This document shows, piece by piece, positions 9,154-22,692 of a DNA stretch of 64,000 nt. Source of the stretch: an uncultured Gemmatimonadota bacterium. GTDB taxonomy: Bacteria; Gemmatimonadota; Gemmatimonadetes; Palauibacterales; Palauibacteraceae. The DNA is taken from positions 7,818 to 71,817 of the forward strand of contig CAZSKS010000003.1 in the NCBI GenBank assembly GCA_964607465.1, read 5' to 3'. The position numbers and the translations under genes are program-made. The first letter of the stretch is position 1. Every line of letters begins with the position of its first letter. Below the pieces are notes generated by a model, which was not told the origin of the DNA, did no database searches, and saw only the letters and a program-made list of their open reading frames with translations.

Positions 9154-10203
9154 TCACCACCCCAGGAGGCGGGCGAAGATCAGCGGGGCCACGATGGTGG
9201 CGTCCGACTCGATGACGTAGCTGGGGGTGTCCACGTCCAGCTTGCCCCAGGTGATCTTCTCGCTGGGGATGGCGCCGGAGTAGGAGCCGTAGCTCGTCGT
9301 GGAGTCGGAGATCTGGCAGAAGTAGCTCCAGTAGGGGCAGGGCCGGCGCAGGTCCTGGTGGATCATGGGCACCACGCAGATGGGGAAGTCGCCGGCGATG
9401 CCGCCGCCCACCTGGAAGAAGCCCACCGTCGCCGCGGCCTCCCCCGGCGGCACCGTCCGGGCCTCGACGGCGTCCTCCCCCGACGCCTCCACCGGGTCCA
9501 GCTCCTCCAGCGACGCCCCCATCGTCGTGCGGACGTACCAGTCCGCCAGCTCCAGCATGTACTCGATCCCGCCCTTCACCACGCCCGGGCCGGACAGGTC
9601 GCCCTCCACCACGTGGGCGGCGAAGACGTTGCCCAGGGTGGAGTCCTCCCAGCCGGGGACGAAGAGGGGGAGGTCCCGCTCGGCGGCGGCCAGAAGCCAC
9701 GAGTCGTTCGGATCGGCCTGGTAGCGGGACTCGACCCGGCCTTCCCGCAGCAGGTCGTAGAGGAATTCATGGGGGAAGCGGCGTTCGCCGGCCTCGTCGG
9801 CCTCCTCCCAGAGCGCCAGCACCTCGTCCTCGATGGCCCGGATCGCCGCCTCCTCGGGGATGCACACGTCGGTGACCCGGTTCATCCCGCGCCTCTCCAG
9901 CTCCTTCTCGCGCTCCGGCGTCAGGTTCCGCCAGTCGGGCACGGTCTCGTACTCGTCGTGGGCCACCAGGTTGAAGACGTCTTCCTCCAGGTTGGCGGCC
10001 GTACACGTGACGGCGTGCACCATGTCCCGCCGGATCATCTCGGCCAGGGAGCGGCCCAGCTCGGCGGTGCTCATGGCGCCGGCCAGGGTCACCATCATGC
10101 GGCCGCCGCCCTCCAGGTGCCGCTCGTAGCCGTCGGCGGCCTTGCGCAGCGTCCCGGCGTTGAAGTGCCGGAAGTGGTCCTCGATGAAGTCGGTCACTCG
10201 CAT
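9154..10203 (-). CDS. Deoxyhypusine synthase-like protein (bacterial homospermidine-synthase-like family)
   Basis: 349-aa DHS fold with motifs MVTLAGAMSTAELG, GGGIAGDFPICVVP and KITWGKLD. Confidence 0.8.
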   Translation of the reverse strand: MRVTDFIEDHFRHFNAGTLRKAADGYERHLEGGGRMMVTLAGAMSTAELGRSLAEMIRRDMVHAVTCTAANLEEDVFNLVAHDEYETVPDWRNLTPEREKELERRGMNRVTDVCIPEEAAIRAIEDEVLALWEEADEAGERRFPHEFLYDLLREGRVESRYQADPNDSWLLAAAERDLPLFVPGWEDSTLGNVFAAHVVEGDLSGPGVVKGGIEYMLELADWYVRTTMGASLEELDPVEASGEDAVEARTVPPGEAAATVGFFQVGGGIAGDFPICVVPMIHQDLRRPCPYWSYFCQISDSTTSYGSYSGAIPSEKITWGKLDVDTPSYVIESDATIVAPLIFARLLGW

Positions 10204-10291
10204 GGTGAACAGCTCCCCTGTCGTCGCGGACGGTGAGGGGTCCCTCGCAGGACCCTCTGAAAATCGATTTCAAGAGGGCCGCTCCAGCCCT

Positions 10292-12232
<1,941 letters not shown>

Positions 12233-12369
12233 CGCATACCCGTCGATGAAGGAGTCCTGTGGCACGTCGTGGGCCGGCAGTGGGAGCCGCCGGCAGGCGC
12301 CGGCGTCGTCAGAGACGTCCCGACGCCGACCGCCGGGCCCGGCAAGGTAGGCGGGCGCCCGAGAGGACG

Positions 12370-12930
12370 CTAGCCTCCGGCGTCCTCCGAGTCGCGGAGG
12401 ATCCCGTAGCGCTGCACGGCGCCCCCGTCGCCGAGGACGATCCAGACCTTCGCGCCCACCCGGGCCCCGAGCCCGTTCGGCACGCCGCGGAGCGGCAGCG
12501 CCTCTCCGCTCTCGGTGAGCAGCCGGTAGCCCTCGCCCGGCTCGTGGTCCAGGGTCCCGACCCGGGGCGTCGCGCCGTCCACCGAGAGGATCTCGTAGCC
12601 GGCGGCCTGGAGGGCCGGCTCGGGCCCCTCGTCCTCGACACGGGAGCCGACCACCAGCACACGCGCACCGACCAGGCGGCCGACTTCCTCTTCCAGCTCG
12701 CCGGTGATGCGCAGCGACGCCTCGTCCCCCTCCACGATGATGCGGGTGAAGGGCGTGTTGCCCACCTGCCGGACGGTACCGGTCACCGAGTCGGAGGCGG
12801 CCGTGGGCTCCCCGTTCATCTGGTTCTTCTGGCTGCAGGCGGCCGTCAGGGCCAGCCCGGCCAGGACGGCGGCGACGACGGGAGCGGAGCGGACATCGAC
12901 GGGGCGTATCGAGCGGCAGGGACCTGTCAT
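12370..12930 (-). CDS. Hypothetical lipoprotein
   Basis: Signal peptide with lipobox AGLALTAAC/S and no recognisable domain. The exact start is uncertain. Confidence 0.4.
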   Translation of the reverse strand: MTGPCRSIRPVDVRSAPVVAAVLAGLALTAACSQKNQMNGEPTAASDSVTGTVRQVGNTPFTRIIVEGDEASLRITGELEEEVGRLVGARVLVVGSRVEDEGPEPALQAAGYEILSVDGATPRVGTLDHEPGEGYRLLTESGEALPLRGVPNGLGARVGAKVWIVLGDGGAVQRYGILRDSEDAGG

Positions 12931-12934
12931 GGCG

Positions 12935-14974
12935 TCACCGGGTGCGGACGATGAGGAGGCGCGCGCCGGACGTGGCGCCCAGGGCGCTGCCCGCCTGGTT
13001 CGAGAGCCGGATCACGATCGACCCCGAGGCCCCGCTCCCGTCGAAGCGCACGTACTTCTGGGTGCCCCCCTGGACCTCGAAGTCCAGCGTGTCCGCCGCG
13101 AACGCATTCACCGTGACGTCCAGCGGGTACTCCTCGGGGAAGGACTCGTCCGTGCCGGGGTTCTCGTGCAGTCCAAGATAGACGTTGCGGAGGTCCCAGG
13201 TGGGGAGCGTCGCCCGAGGGTCCACGCCGGCCACGGTGTCGTCGACCGCCGGCATCAGGCCGAAGTCCTCCAGGAGCACCGACCAGGTGCGGCCGGTGGT
13301 CGTCTCCACGTTCTGCACGCCCGTCTCCAGCCCGCCGTCGGCCCTGGCCAGCTGCCGGATCAGCGTCTCCTCCCCGCTCCCCGGCACCGGGCCGGCCCCC
13401 GCCGTCGCCTCCTGGTCGGCCAGCCAGCGGACGAAGGCCCAGCCGAAGCCCCGCATCCGGAGCGACTCCAGTCCCTGGGGGTCGTCGGTGGCCAGCACCC
13501 GGGTCGTGTCGGGACCGCGCATGTACTCGGCCAGGCGCGCGAAGTTGGGGAGATGGAAGGTGTTGAAGGCGTCGACCTCAGCCGAATCCTCGGTCACGTC
13601 AGCGATCGTCAGGTTCGAGCGGATCGGGTCGCCCGTCAGGCCCAGCCCCACCACCTCCTCGGCCACGTGGGAGAGCCCCTCGTCCAGCCAGGTGTCCTCC
13701 AGGTCCCCGAAATCCCCCGACCCCTTGATCATCCGGTTGCCGGCGTTGAGCAGGTGCTGGAACTCGTGGGCGCTGGTCCCACCGGCGCTCCGCTTCGCCC
13801 GCGACACCTCCACCTGCGGGCCATGATCGCCATTCGGGTCGGGGGCCAGCAGGTAGAGGACCTCCGCCTCGTTGCTGGCCTCGCAGAACTCGTCGGTCGT
13901 CCCGTCCTTGGCCGCGTCGCCGCTGTTGGCCAGGTCCGAGGCGAGGAAGAAGCCGGTGACGATCCCCTCGTCCTCGTCCTCGGTGAGCCCGTTCACCTTC
14001 GTCGTGAACAGCACGTAGGTCCGGCCGTTGCCGTCGATGTCCGTGGTCTCCCCGAAGTAGGCCACGTCCGTGCCGAAGATCTCCTCGTCGAACGCCTGGG
14101 CCAGCGAGTCGTAGTTCATCGGGTTCTGGAGGAGGCCATCGTCCACGGTCGTGTCCTGCATCATCACCGCCCGATCCCCGACCGCCATCACGTCCGCGGT
14201 GATCACCTCGGCACTGTCGGTTTCGCACTCAATGGTGAAGTCGTCCTGCACGGGGTACCAGAACTCGTAGCGATCGCCCTCCTGCGGCACGGAATCGCTG
14301 GGCAGCATGGAGGCGAACCGCGGCCCGGGAGCGTCCCCGTCGTCCCCCGCCGTCCGGGACCCCGGCCGCGCCGGGCGGACGTTCCGCTCCCGAAGGAGCC
14401 GCTTCGCGTTCTCCTGGATCTCCATGCGGACGGCGAGGTCGCGGGCCTGGGTCCATCGCTCGAGGGACCGGGGAGGCTGGAGCGCCGGGGACCGGCCGGC
14501 CGAGGGGACCACCGATCCGCTGGCACCGGAGCCCGGGTCCACCCTCAGCCGCATCGAGGTGACGCCGGTGGTTCGGCTCTCGACCTGGGCGGCCACGTCG
14601 TAGACCCGACCCTCGGAGCCGGCCGGCAGCTCCAGCGCCAGGACCTCGTCGCCGGCCTCCCGGACGGCGATCTCCCCCACCTCCAGGTCGAGGCTCTCGA
14701 CGGTGCCGTTGCCCCCGTTCGTCGGCCCGTCCCCCCCGCAGCCGGCCAGCAGCGCCAGCCCGGCGAGAACGGAGGCCGCCGCCAGGGACCGGCCGGCGGC
14801 CGGGCCACGGTCGGCCCGCTCCCCGGCCTTGGCACGCTCCCCGGCCTCGGCACGCTCCCCGGTTTCGGCCGGCAGCCCCCCGGCCGGACACGCGCCGGCA
14901 TCCTTCGACCGCGCTGCGTCCCGTCGTCGGGTTCCGCGGGTCCCGTCCATGTCGCGTCGTATGGTGACGTCCAC
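12935..14974 (-). CDS. Putative secreted or lipoprotein zinc metalloprotease-like protein
   Basis: 679-aa ORF with a signal/lipobox-like segment SVLAGLALLAGCGG and an HEFQH (HExxH) motif. The N-terminus contains a hexapeptide repeat ERAEAG/ERAKAG/ERAD. The true start is probably internal. Confidence 0.55.
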   Translation of the reverse strand: MDVTIRRDMDGTRGTRRRDAARSKDAGACPAGGLPAETGERAEAGERAKAGERADRGPAAGRSLAAASVLAGLALLAGCGGDGPTNGGNGTVESLDLEVGEIAVREAGDEVLALELPAGSEGRVYDVAAQVESRTTGVTSMRLRVDPGSGASGSVVPSAGRSPALQPPRSLERWTQARDLAVRMEIQENAKRLLRERNVRPARPGSRTAGDDGDAPGPRFASMLPSDSVPQEGDRYEFWYPVQDDFTIECETDSAEVITADVMAVGDRAVMMQDTTVDDGLLQNPMNYDSLAQAFDEEIFGTDVAYFGETTDIDGNGRTYVLFTTKVNGLTEDEDEGIVTGFFLASDLANSGDAAKDGTTDEFCEASNEAEVLYLLAPDPNGDHGPQVEVSRAKRSAGGTSAHEFQHLLNAGNRMIKGSGDFGDLEDTWLDEGLSHVAEEVVGLGLTGDPIRSNLTIADVTEDSAEVDAFNTFHLPNFARLAEYMRGPDTTRVLATDDPQGLESLRMRGFGWAFVRWLADQEATAGAGPVPGSGEETLIRQLARADGGLETGVQNVETTTGRTWSVLLEDFGLMPAVDDTVAGVDPRATLPTWDLRNVYLGLHENPGTDESFPEEYPLDVTVNAFAADTLDFEVQGGTQKYVRFDGSGASGSIVIRLSNQAGSALGATSGARLLIVRTR
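14811..14864. repeat. Three tandem copies of an 18-nt unit inside the 5' end of the metalloprotease-like ORF
   Basis: Units tcggcccgctccccggcc, ttggcacgctccccggcc and tcggcacgctccccggtt, which encode AGERA(E/K/D) repeats on the minus strand. Confidence 0.5.
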
Positions 14975-15211
14975 CTTCGCCTCTCCTCTCTGGCGTCGCT
15001 GCGGCTCCGACCGGCACGGCCGCCTTCTCCACGGCCTCCCGTCGTTCCACAGACGCTACGGCCCGGGCGCGCGTCACGACAGGCCGTCGGCCCCGCCGGA
15101 CCCACCCTCGTCCTTGCAATCCCTCTGCTGGCGCCAGGTTCCCGTTCCACCGGGTTCATCCCGCCGTGAAACGCTTGCCGGATCCCCGCCGCGGCCCGGC
15201 CCATCTCCCTC

Positions 15212-15249
15212 CACGACAAAGAAAAAGGGCCCGGCGCCAGGCCGGACCC
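15212..15249 (-). terminator. Rho-independent terminator of groES-groEL
   Basis: Minus-strand GGGTCCGGC-CTGGC-GCCGGGCCC forms a 9-bp stem with one G-U pair, followed by TTTTTCTTTGTCG. It lies about 100 nt downstream of the groEL stop. Confidence 0.6.
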
Positions 15250-15343
15250 TCTTTCCTTCGGCACGGACCCGCGGCAGAACCGTGGGCCGGCGGTCGGCCC
15301 GCTCCCGGGACCGCGAGGCCCCGGACACGGGCGGGCGGTGGGA

Positions 15344-17023
<1,680 letters not shown>

Positions 17024-17122
17024 TCAGGTTGGTTCTCGTGGGTCGTGTCTATCGTCGTCCGTCGTCCGCCCGGACCGTCGTTCGCCCGCTTCGGGGCGGT
17101 CGTCCGCCCGGACCGTCGGCGC

Positions 17123-17437
17123 TCAGCCCTGGATGACGGCCAGGACGTCGCTCTCCTTCAGGATGAGGAGGTCGCGCCCGTCCACCGTCACCTCGGTGGG
17201 GGAGTACTTGCCGTACAGCACCCGGTCGCCCTCCTCCAGCTCGACGGGCACCCGCTCGCCGTCGTCGGTGACCCGGCCGGGACCGATGGCCACCACGGTT
17301 CCCTGCTGCGGCTTCTCCTTGGCCGTGTCGGGAATGTAGAGGCCGCCCCGCATCTCCTCGGTCTCCTCCAGGGGCTCGACGACGACCCTGTCGGCCAGCG
17401 GCTTCACCTTCACCTTGCTCTTCGTGGCGGTAGCCAT
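17123..17437 (-). CDS. groS: Co-chaperonin GroES
   Basis: Motifs [18 protein letters not shown] and [24 protein letters not shown]. An AAGGAGGA RBS lies 8 nt upstream of the ATG. Confidence 0.9.
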   Translation of the reverse strand: MATATKSKVKVKPLADRVVVEPLEETEEMRGGLYIPDTAKEKPQQGTVVAIGPGRVTDDGERVPVELEEGDRVLYGKYSPTEVTVDGRDLLILKESDVLAVIQG

Positions 17438-17830
17438 CTCCTCGTCCTCCTTGTGGATCGATCTGTGATCTTGACGTCTGCCGGCACCCCGGACGGGATG
17501 CCCGGAACTCCTCCGTCATTCGGTGTGGCCGCAGCTCGGGGAGAGCCCCGGCCCGCGCCCTCAATCTAGTGCAGGAGGCGTGCCAGTCCCCACGGGCCTC
17601 CCGGCCCCTCGGACCCCGCTCGCGCATGCCGATCTGACAAGCCCCCGCCGGCACGGCTGTCACTTTGACCGCGCCGGCGGGTGAAACCGACCCCGGGGTC
17701 CGGCCGTAGGGATGAACGAGGCCCGCCGGCCGGCGAGGGCACGGTCCCTGCGCCGGATCCGGCGGTGACGACGAACGACGACAGACGGGTGGCGCCGACG
17801 ACGCCCCCGACGACACCCCGGAGGCAACCC

Positions 17831-18031
17831 ATGATCCGCTCGCTCCTGATCCTGCTGGCCGTCGGCCTGGTCGGCCTTGCCGTGGTCGGCGTGGTCTTCT
17901 CGATGCTGGTGCCGCTGCTGACCCTGGCCCTGAAGGTGGGCCTGGTGCTGGTGGTCGGCTACCTGGTGCTGCGCCTGATCCGGCCGGACCTGGCCGAGGA
18001 GTGCAAGCGAAAGCTGGAGGGCCGCGGCTGA
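17831..18031 (+). CDS. Hypothetical small membrane protein
   Basis: Internal ATG preceded by GGAGG. The 66-aa product has two hydrophobic helices (MIRSLLILLAVGLVGLAVVGVVFSMLVPLLTLALKVGLVLVVGYLVL). The upstream part of the track ORF has no RBS. Confidence 0.4.
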   Translation: MIRSLLILLAVGLVGLAVVGVVFSMLVPLLTLALKVGLVLVVGYLVLRLIRPDLAEECKRKLEGRG

Positions 18032-18061
18032 CCGGCCGGGTGTCCCGCCCCGACGGGCCGG

Positions 18062-18126
18062 GAGCTCACCCGCCCCGCTCCGGTCGTTCCCCGGGCCTCC
18101 GCCGCCCCCGCTCCGGTCGTTCCCCG
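18062..18126. repeat. Two tandem copies of a roughly 32-nt unit just downstream of the coaX stop
   Basis: gccccgctccggtcgttccccgggcctccgcc and gcccccgctccggtcgttccccgcgcctcagcc, about 90% identical. Confidence 0.4.
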
Positions 18127-18130
18127 CGCC

Positions 18131-18952
18131 TCAGCCGCCCCCGCCATCCGCGGCCGCCGCCGACGCCCGGTCGGCCGCCCCGGCCTCCCTCAGGTGCCGG
18201 TCCGCCAGGGCCAGCCCCAGCAGGGTGAGGTTGGGCTCCACCTCCTCCACCGTACGGCAGTGGGGGGCGATCACGTCCACCAGCCCCCCCGTCGCCACCA
18301 CCACCGGGTCCTCGGGCCCCCACTCCCCCAGGATCCGGCCGACGATCCCGTCGATGGAATCCACGATCGAGTAGAAGACGCCGGAGTCCAGGCACTCCTC
18401 GGTCCGGCGCCCGATCACGCGGCCCGGGGGCCCGATCTCCACCTGTGGCAGCCGGGAGGTGGCGGCGATGAGCCGCTCCATGCCGGAGCGGGGTCCCGGG
18501 GCGATGACCCCTCCCAGGAACACCCCGTCGGCCGTGATGCAGTCGAACGTGGTCGCCGTGCCCAGGTCCACGACGACGGTGTCCCGGCCGTACAGGTGGG
18601 CCGCCGCCAGGGTGTTCACGATGCGGTCGGCCCCCACCCCCGCGGGATCGTCCACGTCCAGCCGGATGGGGAGCGGCGAGCCGGGCCCCACCGGCAGGTA
18701 CTCCAGGTTCAGCGCCTCGCACGCCCGGGCCCAGGTCCGGTCCATCACCGGCACCACCGACGCCACCACGGCACGGCCGAGCGGGCCGTCCGACGGCGAC
18801 AGGGAGCGGTCCAGGAAGCCCTGCAGCAGGAAGGCGTGCTCGTCGGCGGTCCGCCGGGTGTCGGTGGCGATCCTCCAGGTGTGCAGGGGCTCCAGGTCCC
18901 GGTAGAGCCCCAGCACGGTCTCGGTGTTGCCGACGTCCAGGGTCAGGATCAC
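18131..18952 (-). CDS. coaX: Type III pantothenate kinase
   Basis: Motifs VILTLDVGNTETVLGLY and GTATTFDCI. GTG start in a GTGA overlap with the birA stop. Confidence 0.85.
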   Translation of the reverse strand: MILTLDVGNTETVLGLYRDLEPLHTWRIATDTRRTADEHAFLLQGFLDRSLSPSDGPLGRAVVASVVPVMDRTWARACEALNLEYLPVGPGSPLPIRLDVDDPAGVGADRIVNTLAAAHLYGRDTVVVDLGTATTFDCITADGVFLGGVIAPGPRSGMERLIAATSRLPQVEIGPPGRVIGRRTEECLDSGVFYSIVDSIDGIVGRILGEWGPEDPVVVATGGLVDVIAPHCRTVEEVEPNLTLLGLALADRHLREAGAADRASAAAADGGGG

Positions 18953-19761
18953 GGCTCGGCCTCCACGGAGCCACGGTCCAGGCGCCGGAGCGCCCCCCGG
19001 TCGGGCCGGAAGAGGAGCCGGCCGTCGGGAGCGATCCCGACGCACACGCCGGGCAGGGGCTCCTCCTCCCCCGGCAGGGTCACCACGACCCGCCGGTCCT
19101 GCAGCCAGTCGAACCGGTCGACCAGGTCCAGGGTCGGCGGGTCCAGCCGCTCGGGCGGATCCGGCACGAAGGCTTCCAGGCCGTCCACCACGGCGTCGGC
19201 CACCTCCGCCAGGGCCACCTCCCGGCCCACCTCGGCGTCCACGGAGGTGGCGCCCCGGCGGATCTCCTCGTCGACGTCGTCGCCCAGGGGGCGGACGTTG
19301 ACGCCCGTCCCGATCACGAGGAACCGGATGCCCCGGTCCCCCCACACGGCCTCGCTCAGCACCCCGCCGAGCTTCCGGTCCCCCGCCATCACGTCGTTGG
19401 GCCACTTGAGGGCCGGCGCCAGCTCCTCGAAGGCGCGGTCCAGCTCCCGCACGATCCCCACCCCCGCCAGGAGCGGCAGGAGCTCGGGGTTCCGGACGGC
19501 GGTCGGGCGGAAGACCATGCTGAGGTAGACGCCGGCGTCCTTCGGCGAGTGCCACGACCTCCCCTCCCGGCCGCGGCCCTCCACCTGCCCCCGGGCCAGG
19601 ACGATCGTGCCGGCGGGGGCGTCCTCCTCCTCGGCCAGGCGGCGGGCCACGTCGTTGGTGGAGCCCACGCTCCCGTACAGGTGCACCTCGTCCCGACCCC
19701 AGCGCTTCCGGAGGTCGTCGCGGGACTGGCCGCCCCACGTCCTCGCCTTCGTCTCCGTCAT
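18949..19761 (-). CDS. birA: Biotin--[acetyl-CoA-carboxylase] ligase
   Basis: Motifs MTETKARTWGGQSRDDLRKRWGRDEVHLYGSVGSTND and KWPNDV. ATG at 19759-19761 in an ATGA overlap with nadC. Confidence 0.85.
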   Translation of the reverse strand: MTETKARTWGGQSRDDLRKRWGRDEVHLYGSVGSTNDVARRLAEEEDAPAGTIVLARGQVEGRGREGRSWHSPKDAGVYLSMVFRPTAVRNPELLPLLAGVGIVRELDRAFEELAPALKWPNDVMAGDRKLGGVLSEAVWGDRGIRFLVIGTGVNVRPLGDDVDEEIRRGATSVDAEVGREVALAEVADAVVDGLEAFVPDPPERLDPPTLDLVDRFDWLQDRRVVVTLPGEEEPLPGVCVGIAPDGRLLFRPDRGALRRLDRGSVEAEP

Positions 19762-20738
19762 GCCTCCTCCACCAGGTCCACCAGCAGGGACAGGTCCAGG
19801 GCCGGGGCCGAGTGCGTCAGCGCCCCGACCGAGACCAGGTCGACGCCGGTCTCCGCCACGCGCCGCACGCTCTCCAGGGTGATCCCGCCCGAGGCCTCGA
19901 GGGTCGGGCGCTCCTCCCCGCGGGATTCCTCCGCCCGCCGGACCGCCCGGGACAGGGTCGCCGGATCCATGTTGTCCAGCAGGATTCGATCCGGAGCGGC
20001 CCCCAGCGCCTCCTCCAGCTCCTCCAGGCTCGCCACCTCCACCTCCACCGGGATCCCGGCTTCCCGGGCCCGCGGCAGCACCGCCGACAGGGCCGCGGCC
20101 ACGCCGCCGGCGGCCCGGACGTGGTTCTCCTTGATCAGCACCATGTCGTCCAGCCCCATCCGGTGGTTCACCGCCCCGCCGGCGGCCGTCGCCGCCTTCT
20201 CCAGCCGACGCCAGCCGGGGGTGGTCTTCCGGGTGTCGGTGATCCGGCAGCCGGTTCCCTCCACGGCCTCGACGAAGCGGGCCGTGAGGGTGGCGATCCC
20301 CGACAGCCGGCCCAGGAAGTTGAGGGCGGTCCGCTCGGCCGACAGCAACGGCCCCAGCCGGGCCTCCACCACCGCCACCTCGCCCCCGGCCTCCACCCGG
20401 TCGCCGTCCCGGCCCCGCCACGTCAGCCCGGCGCCGGGGTCCAGTCGGAGGAGGACCGCGTCGGCCGCCGCGGTGCCGGCCAGCACGCCCGCCTCCCGGG
20501 CCACGATCGTCGCCCGAGCACGCGCCCCCGGGGGCACGGTCCAGGCCGTCGTGACGTCCCCCTCCCCCAGGTCCTCGGCCAGGGCGGCCTCCACCAGCTC
20601 CTCCAGGCCGAGGGGCCGACCCGCGGCGCGCGGGCTGCCGTCGCCGTCCGGGCTCTCGCCCGACCCGCCGTCGCCGCCGAGGGCGCCCCCCTCGCCGCCG
20701 AGGCCGCCCCCGGCACCGCGCGCCCCGCCGCCCGTCAC
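19758..20738 (-). CDS. nadC: Nicotinate-nucleotide pyrophosphorylase [carboxylating] (quinolinate phosphoribosyltransferase)
   Basis: C-terminal two-thirds shows QPRTase motifs RITDTRKTTPGWR and MVLIKENH. GTG start in a GTGA overlap with the uppP stop. The low-complexity G-rich N-terminus leaves the start uncertain. Confidence 0.8.
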   Translation of the reverse strand: MTGGGARGAGGGLGGEGGALGGDGGSGESPDGDGSPRAAGRPLGLEELVEAALAEDLGEGDVTTAWTVPPGARARATIVAREAGVLAGTAAADAVLLRLDPGAGLTWRGRDGDRVEAGGEVAVVEARLGPLLSAERTALNFLGRLSGIATLTARFVEAVEGTGCRITDTRKTTPGWRRLEKAATAAGGAVNHRMGLDDMVLIKENHVRAAGGVAAALSAVLPRAREAGIPVEVEVASLEELEEALGAAPDRILLDNMDPATLSRAVRRAEESRGEERPTLEASGGITLESVRRVAETGVDLVSVGALTHSAPALDLSLLVDLVEEA

Positions 20739-21532
20739 CGAAGCCCCGGGACCAGCCAGGCGGCCAGCAGGTACGCCCCGCCCGCCGCCCAGCAGTACCA
20801 GGCGAAGTGGTGGAAGGCGCGGGCCTCCAGCGTCCGCACGAAGAGGCGGATGGCGATCACGCCGGCCACCAGCGCGGCCAGGAACCCGACGATCAGGGCC
20901 GGGGCCCCGCCCCCCGCGGCCGCCGCGCCGAGGCCGTCCAGCTCCAGGAGGGCGGCCCCTCCGATGGCTGGAACCGAGAGGAGGAAGGAGAACTCGGCCA
21001 TGCGGACCGGCTCCACCCCGCGCCACACGCCCGCGGCCACCGTGCTCCCCGAGCGGGAGATGCCCGGGAAGATGGCCAGCGCCTGGGCGAGCCCGACCAG
21101 GAGGGCCTGCCACGGGCCCGGGCGGCGGTCGCGGGCGGCCTCGGCCGTCCACTTCAGCGTCCACACGATGGCGCCGGTCACCAGGAGCAGGCCGGCGGCG
21201 GCCGCCGGACGGTCGAAGGCCGAGACGAACATGTCCCGACCCAGCACCCCCGCCAGCCCGGCGGGCACCGAGGCCAGGGCCAGGAGGCCCAGGTAGCGCA
21301 GGCTGTCGGCCTCCAGGGCGAGCACGCCGCGGGTCAGCTTCGCCACCCGGCCGCGATAGACCCAGAGGACGGCGCCCAGGGTGGCCACGTGGACCAGCGT
21401 CTCGAACAGCACGCCGGGCTGGCGGACCCCCAGCAGGGCATCGGCCATGACCAGGTGGGCGCTGCTGGAGACCGGGAGGAACTCGGTGAGGCCCTGCACG
21501 ACCCCCAGCACGGCGGCCTGGAGAGGCGTCAC
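20735..21532 (-). CDS. uppP: Undecaprenyl-diphosphatase
   Basis: Motifs MTPLQAAVLGVVQGLTEFLPVSSSAHL and PGISRSGST. Confidence 0.85.
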   Translation of the reverse strand: MTPLQAAVLGVVQGLTEFLPVSSSAHLVMADALLGVRQPGVLFETLVHVATLGAVLWVYRGRVAKLTRGVLALEADSLRYLGLLALASVPAGLAGVLGRDMFVSAFDRPAAAAGLLLVTGAIVWTLKWTAEAARDRRPGPWQALLVGLAQALAIFPGISRSGSTVAAGVWRGVEPVRMAEFSFLLSVPAIGGAALLELDGLGAAAAGGGAPALIVGFLAALVAGVIAIRLFVRTLEARAFHHFAWYCWAAGGAYLLAAWLVPGLR

Positions 21533-22692
21533 GCTCCGTCACCCGCCATGCCGACCCCGTCCCCTCCCTCGAGGACCTCCCGGTAGTACGACTCGTAGCG
21601 GGGCACCACCTCGTCGGCCGAGAAGCGCTCCACCGCCCGCCGCCGCCCCGCCTCCGAGCCGGCCCGCCACAGCTCCTCGTCCCGGAGGAGATCCAGGGCG
21701 CTGGCGGCCATGGCCTCCACGTCCCCCACCGGATGCAGGCGCCCGGAGACGCCGTCCTCCACCACCTCCGCCAGACCGCTCCCCGTCGTCCCCACCACCG
21801 GCACGCCGCTGGAGAGGGCCTCCAGCGCCACCAGGCCGAAGGACTCCTCCTCGCTGGGGAGCAGGAAGAGATCGGCGCAGGCCAGCAGCTCGGCCACCGA
21901 GTCCAGCTTGCCCAGGAAGAGGACGTCGTCGGCCACCGCCAGCTCCTCGGCCGCGTCCTCGGCGGCCTGCCGATCCGGACCGTCGCCCACCATGACCAGC
22001 CGCGCCGGGACCTCCCCCCGGACCCGGGCGAAGGTGCGGACCACGTCCGCCACCCGCTTCACCGGGCGGAAGTTGGAGATGTGGATCAGGATCTTCTGGC
22101 CCTCCGGCGCCAGGGACGACCGGTGGCACGGGTAGGCGTCCCGGCGGAAGCGGTCGGTGTCCACGAAGTTCGGGATCACCCGGATCCGCTCCTCGTCCAC
22201 CCCGAAGGCCTCCCGGGTCTCGGTGCGCAGCCACTCGGAGACCGCGGTCAGGCCGTCGGACTTCTCGATGGAGAAGCGGGTGATCGACCGGAAGGACGCG
22301 TCCTGGCCCACCAGGGTGATGTCCGTCCCGTGGAGGGTGGTCACCACCTTCACGTCCTCGCCCTCGCTCTGCAGCATCTCCCGGGTGATCCAGCCGCTGG
22401 TGGCGTGCGGGAGGGCGTAGTGGACGTGGAGGAGGTCCAGGTCGTGGTCGCGGACCACCTCGTGGAGGGAGACGGCGAGGGCCAGGGAGTACGGGGGATA
22501 CTCGAAGAGCGGATAGGGCATCATCTCCACCTCGTGGAAATAGATCCCCTCCCGGAACCGGTTGAGGCGGAACGGCTGGGCGTAGGAGACCACGTGGATC
22601 TCGTGGCCCCGGCGCGCCAGCTCCAGCCCGAGCTCCGTGGCCACCGCCCCGGACCCCCCGTAGGTGGGGTAGCAGGTGATGCCGATCCTCAC
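21529..22692 (-). CDS. bshA: N-acetyl-alpha-D-glucosaminyl L-malate synthase (bacillithiol glycosyltransferase BshA)
   Basis: Starts VRIGITCYPTYGGSGAVATELGLELARRGHEIHVV, a GT4 BshA-type N-terminus. GTG start with a GGGAGG RBS in a GTGA overlap with miaA. Confidence 0.8.
   Translation of the reverse strand: MRIGITCYPTYGGSGAVATELGLELARRGHEIHVVSYAQPFRLNRFREGIYFHEVEMMPYPLFEYPPYSLALAVSLHEVVRDHDLDLLHVHYALPHATSGWITREMLQSEGEDVKVVTTLHGTDITLVGQDASFRSITRFSIEKSDGLTAVSEWLRTETREAFGVDEERIRVIPNFVDTDRFRRDAYPCHRSSLAPEGQKILIHISNFRPVKRVADVVRTFARVRGEVPARLVMVGDGPDRQAAEDAAEELAVADDVLFLGKLDSVAELLACADLFLLPSEEESFGLVALEALSSGVPVVGTTGSGLAEVVEDGVSGRLHPVGDVEAMAASALDLLRDEELWRAGSEAGRRRAVERFSADEVVPRYESYYREVLEGGDGVGMAGDGA

Noticed and set aside
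12233-12369. T-box or other riboswitch in the thrS leader
   Set aside because: The leader is only about 135 nt with a single hairpin and no T-box specifier/antiterminator architecture.
17438-17830. CIRCE/HrcA operator (TTAGCACTC-N9-GAGTGCTAA) or HAIR element upstream of groES
   Set aside because: No match with at most 3 mismatches is visible in the leader.
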